Below are positions 60,701 to 64,000 of a stretch of DNA of 64,000 nucleotides, in pieces. The first letter of the stretch is position 1; each line of letters starts with the position of its first letter. The position numbers and the translations under genes were made by a program. The notes below the pieces were generated by a model that saw only the letters and a program-made list of their open reading frames with translations, was not told the origin of the DNA and did not search any database. The stretch lies in NCBI GenBank assembly GCA_045568235.1, contig JBJLBJ010000022.1, positions 1,953 through 65,952 of the forward strand, written 5' to 3'. The DNA comes from Candidatus Thalassarchaeaceae archaeon. Lineage in GTDB: Archaea > Thermoplasmatota > Poseidoniia > Poseidoniales > Thalassarchaeaceae.

Positions 60701-61855
60701 TTATTTAATTTCAAATTCTCCAATCTTTATCTTTTCCTGACCTTTATCAATGACACCTTCAAAGCCATCCTTAGAACCATCTTTATAATTTACAGTTACC
60801 TCATAATTTGTAGATTCATCACCTTCGGTTGTTTCATATTCCTCGATAAATAAATTATACTTTCCCTCTATAGGACTGTTTAGTTTAATTGATTGTTTAT
60901 TGGCCATTTTATCCATATCAAATACTATATTTTTATCCTTTCCAATATCTAAGAAAGAAATTATTTGTCCATTTGGTTGTTCTAAACTTAGTCCAAGATC
61001 ATTAGAAGAATCCAATGACATTTCGATCATAGTGCTATTCATCACAGAATCATCCTTTTCCAACTCTTGTATATTTTCATCTTCCAAAACCAATTCTTTA
61101 GGCTTTGAATCTCCACTCTGCATTTCTGCAATAGCGAATTTGGCAATGAATAATAACTCATTATTTATTTTATTATGCTTAATCTTTCCTTCGTATACCT
61201 TTTGACTGGTTCCTATAGTTACCCTGACTTTGAAATCTGTCTCATTTTTTAGTATGAAATTTGATATTATAGGAATTTTGGATAAAAATCTATTTTTATG
61301 TTGTATTTTATAATGCCTCACTCCAACCCTGTATGTTCCTGAAGGAGGCGTTTTGGTCCATACTACATTTTCTACAGGGGTTTTAGAAGTTGGCTTAAAA
61401 TTCATATCTAAGTCCAATTCCCCTCCACATGCAGATTTTCTATTATCATGGAAAATATGTTCTCCTGAGGGAGTAATTACATGTAAATCTAAATCATTCC
61501 AATTATTCCATAATAGGCTGATTTGTACCGACCCTCTTTTTGCACCCTCTCTTTCTAATCTTTCGCTAAAAGCAGAAACTCCTTCTTCACTAATTACAGC
61601 TTCCTGAATTCCTTCTCCTAAAATTCCCCCTCCTTCTCCTAAACCATCAGAGGGTATGGAAATATCTGAACGATCAGATCTTCTCCCACTTCGCCTCCTA
61701 TTTCTCAATTGCACAGATTCAGATTCAAATTCAGGCAAATTTACTTCTGTTGGAGGCAAAATGGTTCTTCTTCTACTCCCAAATAATATTCTGTATACGC
61801 CTTGAAAAAATAAACCGATTATCGTCACGACGATGACAAGCGAAACAACGTCCAC
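60701..61855 (-). CDS. membrane-anchored protein with a YfaP/DUF2135-like beta-sandwich domain
   Basis: N-terminal TM helix, an RS-rich basic linker, then the block VQISLLWNNWNDLDLHVITPSGEHIFHDNRKSACGGELDLDMN...GTYRVGVRHY, which resembles the DUF2135 signature (L.W....DLDLHV.EP.GE...Y......GG.LD.D...G.Y.V.V..Y). Confidence 0.35.
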   Translation of the reverse strand: MDVVSLVIVVTIIGLFFQGVYRILFGSRRRTILPPTEVNLPEFESESVQLRNRRRSGRRSDRSDISIPSDGLGEGGGILGEGIQEAVISEEGVSAFSERLEREGAKRGSVQISLLWNNWNDLDLHVITPSGEHIFHDNRKSACGGELDLDMNFKPTSKTPVENVVWTKTPPSGTYRVGVRHYKIQHKNRFLSKIPIISNFILKNETDFKVRVTIGTSQKVYEGKIKHNKINNELLFIAKFAIAEMQSGDSKPKELVLEDENIQELEKDDSVMNSTMIEMSLDSSNDLGLSLEQPNGQIISFLDIGKDKNIVFDMDKMANKQSIKLNSPIEGKYNLFIEEYETTEGDESTNYEVTVNYKDGSKDGFEGVIDKGQEKIKIGEFEIK

Positions 61856-62032
61856 AGTTCTGAACCTGTGCCCCGTCTTTTCATAACATCGGTTAAATTA
61901 ACTACTTTAGACGTGTCAAATCAATTTTATAACCGTGTATTTCATATCCGAGTCAACCTCCCTCTACATTCGGGCGGATAGCCATTAGGCTACACAGATT
62001 TGTAGAAGTATACTTTTTGGGGATAAGATATT

Positions 62033-64000
62033 ATGAAGGTTAAAGCAATTTTAATAGTCACTATCATGGTTCTTTCAATTTTGCCTTATACTCCGGAAGC
62101 GATGTTAAAATCTAACAAAGAACCTTCATTTCAAGCTTCAAACGCAGATGTTGCAGTAACTCAATTAGATATAACTACACCCTCTGTATACGTAGGGGCT
62201 GTACCCACAGTTTCTCCTATGAATCATATAATTCGAGTTACAATAGTAAATTTCGGGGGCTCTGATGCAGAAGGTACTCTTTCCCTAATCGTTGATGACG
62301 GCTCAGGCCCCTCGGAAGTAGACAGTCGGGATATTTCAATTTCTTCTGGATGGACATCTAATCATGTAATGTATTGGAATGCAACCAATTCACCCTCTGG
62401 CTCTTCTTTAAATGCCTCATGGACAAATGACCCCTCATCCACGGACTCTGATTCTAGCAATAATCATTTAATTTTGTCCAATATAGATGTACTTGATGTC
62501 CAAAGTGCTACTCACGTTGCAGATACTCTGCCGAATAATGGCGATGTATTAGCAAAAGGACTCTGGTCTGGAACAATTTCAATGGTAAATTCAGGTACGA
62601 TACCTGTTGACGTAACTGCAGACTTGTCACTTACTTCTGCAATTGGAGGTGACGTTACTCCAATTACATCAACAACGACACAACTCCCTGTTGGAAGCCT
62701 TTCCAGCCCTGCTTTACTTACAAATATAGAAATTTCATTTGATGGAACGCCTTTGGAAGGAGAATATATTATATCGGGGGAAATCCAAGTTACTGGCGCA
62801 TTATCTGGGACTTCTACTATAAGTATCTCAGATATTTCAGTTACCTTTGATTTTTCAAATGCAGTACTATCAACCCCAATTGATAGAAATGTAGATCCTG
62901 GAGAATGGACAAACATATCTTTCCTTCTACAAAATGCTGGTAGTTTAACCGAAACCTTTGTCGTTTCGCACACAAATGTAAGTGGTTGGGTACAAGCACC
63001 ATCAGTACTCCATGCGGTTTCATCCCCCCTAAGTCTTGCATCAGGAGCATCAACAGTTATTACAATTCCAGTACAAGTTCCACCAGATGCTGACATTAGT
63101 GATTCCGAGATGGTAACCTTATCCGTATTATCCCAAAGTAACAATTTACTTTTGGAAAGTACTGTAATCGTAATGGCGGGAGAATTATTTCAGGGTACAA
63201 TTACTCAAAACAGTTCTCATACAAGTGGAGTAGATCATTTCAATGTCGAGCCAGGTGGCGAAAGTTTCACTCATGAATATATATTAAATAACACAGGCAC
63301 AGCTCCTGCTCAGTATGAAATTAATGTTGCAATGTTAGAGGCAGTTCCTTATTGGACAATAATCTCTCCTGTTACTATAACAAATATTTTATTACCTGGA
63401 GAGAATATCACAATTCCTGTAACATTCATTCTTCCTGATATGGAAATACCTTTACAATCGGCTTTGAAAATAAATGCAGATTTGGAATTAACTTTCAGAG
63501 TACAAGCAATACCATTATCTGGTGGTTTGGATGTTATTGCCACAACTTCTATACATGTTTTACCTAAAGTAGAAATCGATTTTGAATTATTAGATGATAA
63601 TGATGAACCTTTGGATGCAGACTGTCCACTAAATATTGCATTTGAAGTTTGTTTAGAAGATGTTACATCAGAAGAAATAACTTCCTTATCAGTTAATAGA
63701 GCATTGAAGTTTAGAGTTCAAGCTAAAAATAATTTAGCTTCAGAAACAGATGGTACAGCACAAATTAGTTTAGTTCAGAAACTTTTAGTTCATGACCCAT
63801 TTACTACCGGGGCAGCACAATATGAAGAAGAAAGATGGACAATCGGACTCAGCCCTTCAACAATGAGTTTGGGGGTTGGAGCAACTGGATATGGAGTGAT
63901 AACCATGCGACACACTTCTAATGTAAATTTTCCATATCCAGCCGCAGGAGAACTGAGTTTTACTGTAGCCGCCGAAACTACCTTCACTCTTGGTAATTAT
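62033..64000 (+). CDS. large secreted/surface protein with repeated Ig/CARDB-like beta-sandwich modules (5' partial; continues beyond the window)
   Basis: ATG at 62033 followed by a signal peptide (MKVKAILIVTIMVLSILPYTPEA). Open in frame for 656 codons to the window end. Ser/Thr-rich, with repeated modules matching the pattern hydrophobic-N-x-G. Not in the supplied ORF track, presumably because no stop is reached. Confidence 0.55.
   Translation, partial: MKVKAILIVTIMVLSILPYTPEAMLKSNKEPSFQASNADVAVTQLDITTPSVYVGAVPTVSPMNHIIRVTIVNFGGSDAEGTLSLIVDDGSGPSEVDSRDISISSGWTSNHVMYWNATNSPSGSSLNASWTNDPSSTDSDSSNNHLILSNIDVLDVQSATHVADTLPNNGDVLAKGLWSGTISMVNSGTIPVDVTADLSLTSAIGGDVTPITSTTTQLPVGSLSSPALLTNIEISFDGTPLEGEYIISGEIQVTGALSGTSTISISDISVTFDFSNAVLSTPIDRNVDPGEWTNISFLLQNAGSLTETFVVSHTNVSGWVQAPSVLHAVSSPLSLASGASTVITIPVQVPPDADISDSEMVTLSVLSQSNNLLLESTVIVMAGELFQGTITQNSSHTSGVDHFNVEPGGESFTHEYILNNTGTAPAQYEINVAMLEAVPYWTIISPVTITNILLPGENITIPVTFILPDMEIPLQSALKINADLELTFRVQAIPLSGGLDVIATTSIHVLPKVEIDFELLDDNDEPLDADCPLNIAFEVCLEDVTSEEITSLSVNRALKFRVQAKNNLASETDGTAQISLVQKLLVHDPFTTGAAQYEEERWTIGLSPSTMSLGVGATGYGVITMRHTSNVNFPYPAAGELSFTVAAETTFTLGNY

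Noticed and set aside
62512-63144. Minus-strand ORFs (210 aa at 62512-63144, 70 aa at 62841-63053, others at 63349-63987) in the supplied track
   Set aside because: They are embedded antisense within the long plus-strand signal-peptide ORF (62033 to the window end), which has coherent domain repeats. The antisense frames are low-complexity Ser/Thr/Val artefacts.
1-64000. CRISPR arrays, rRNA genes, transposases/integrases
   Set aside because: No regularly spaced direct repeats, no rRNA-like conserved stretches, and no ORF with DDE-transposase, tyrosine- or serine-recombinase motifs were found. The possible island after tRNA-Arg therefore lacks an identifiable integrase in this window.

Overview
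This 64 kb window is AT-rich and densely coding, and the gene content points to an archaeal chromosome with a euryarchaeal-like repertoire. Archaeal hallmarks: TFB (32044-32970), the topoisomerase VI B-A operon (26548-29729), ribosomal protein LX followed by prefoldin-alpha and FtsY, a primase large subunit (PriL), a Pcc1-like protein, and an archaeal-type phosphopantothenate synthetase. Shine-Dalgarno-like GGAGG motifs precede many starts. Housekeeping genes include uvrA, moeA, the class II B12-dependent RNR nrdJ (1213 aa, C-terminal zinc ribbon), isocitrate dehydrogenase, a permuted aconitase-family protein, nadC, a PduO-type corrinoid adenosyltransferase, Nudix, HIT, an NrnA-like DHH phosphoesterase and an MMPL/RND transporter. 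One tRNA-Arg(CCU) gene lies on the minus strand at 13998-14072. No rRNA, CRISPR array, transposase or integrase was found. The most coherent candidate system is a sulfation system split over two loci. Its first locus is a PAPS-synthesis module (cysQ-cysD-cysNC with an APS-kinase fusion, 2.7-6.4 kb) inserted into the conserved LX-pfdA-ftsY neighbourhood, with no PAPS reductase in the window. Its second locus (34.3-36.9 kb) holds two divergently transcribed PAPS-type sulfotransferases next to a GT2 glycosyltransferase. Two very large cell-surface proteins are plausible substrates: a 1723 aa protein with a vWA/MIDAS domain, propeller-like repeats and CARDB-like domains, and a second protein that runs off the window end. 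Other notable items are a 1131 aa stand-alone protein with a C-terminal PIN domain, a PlsC/LPLAT-like acyltransferase, a degenerate SdhA/NadB-like flavoprotein translationally coupled to a 4-TM protein just downstream of the tRNA, a membrane-anchored pseudo-receiver domain after ftsY, a bacterial-type ABC-F ATPase and RlmH, a palindromic operator at the start of an ArsR-type regulator, and a repeated hairpin + CCTGATGGAGGG + ATG module.
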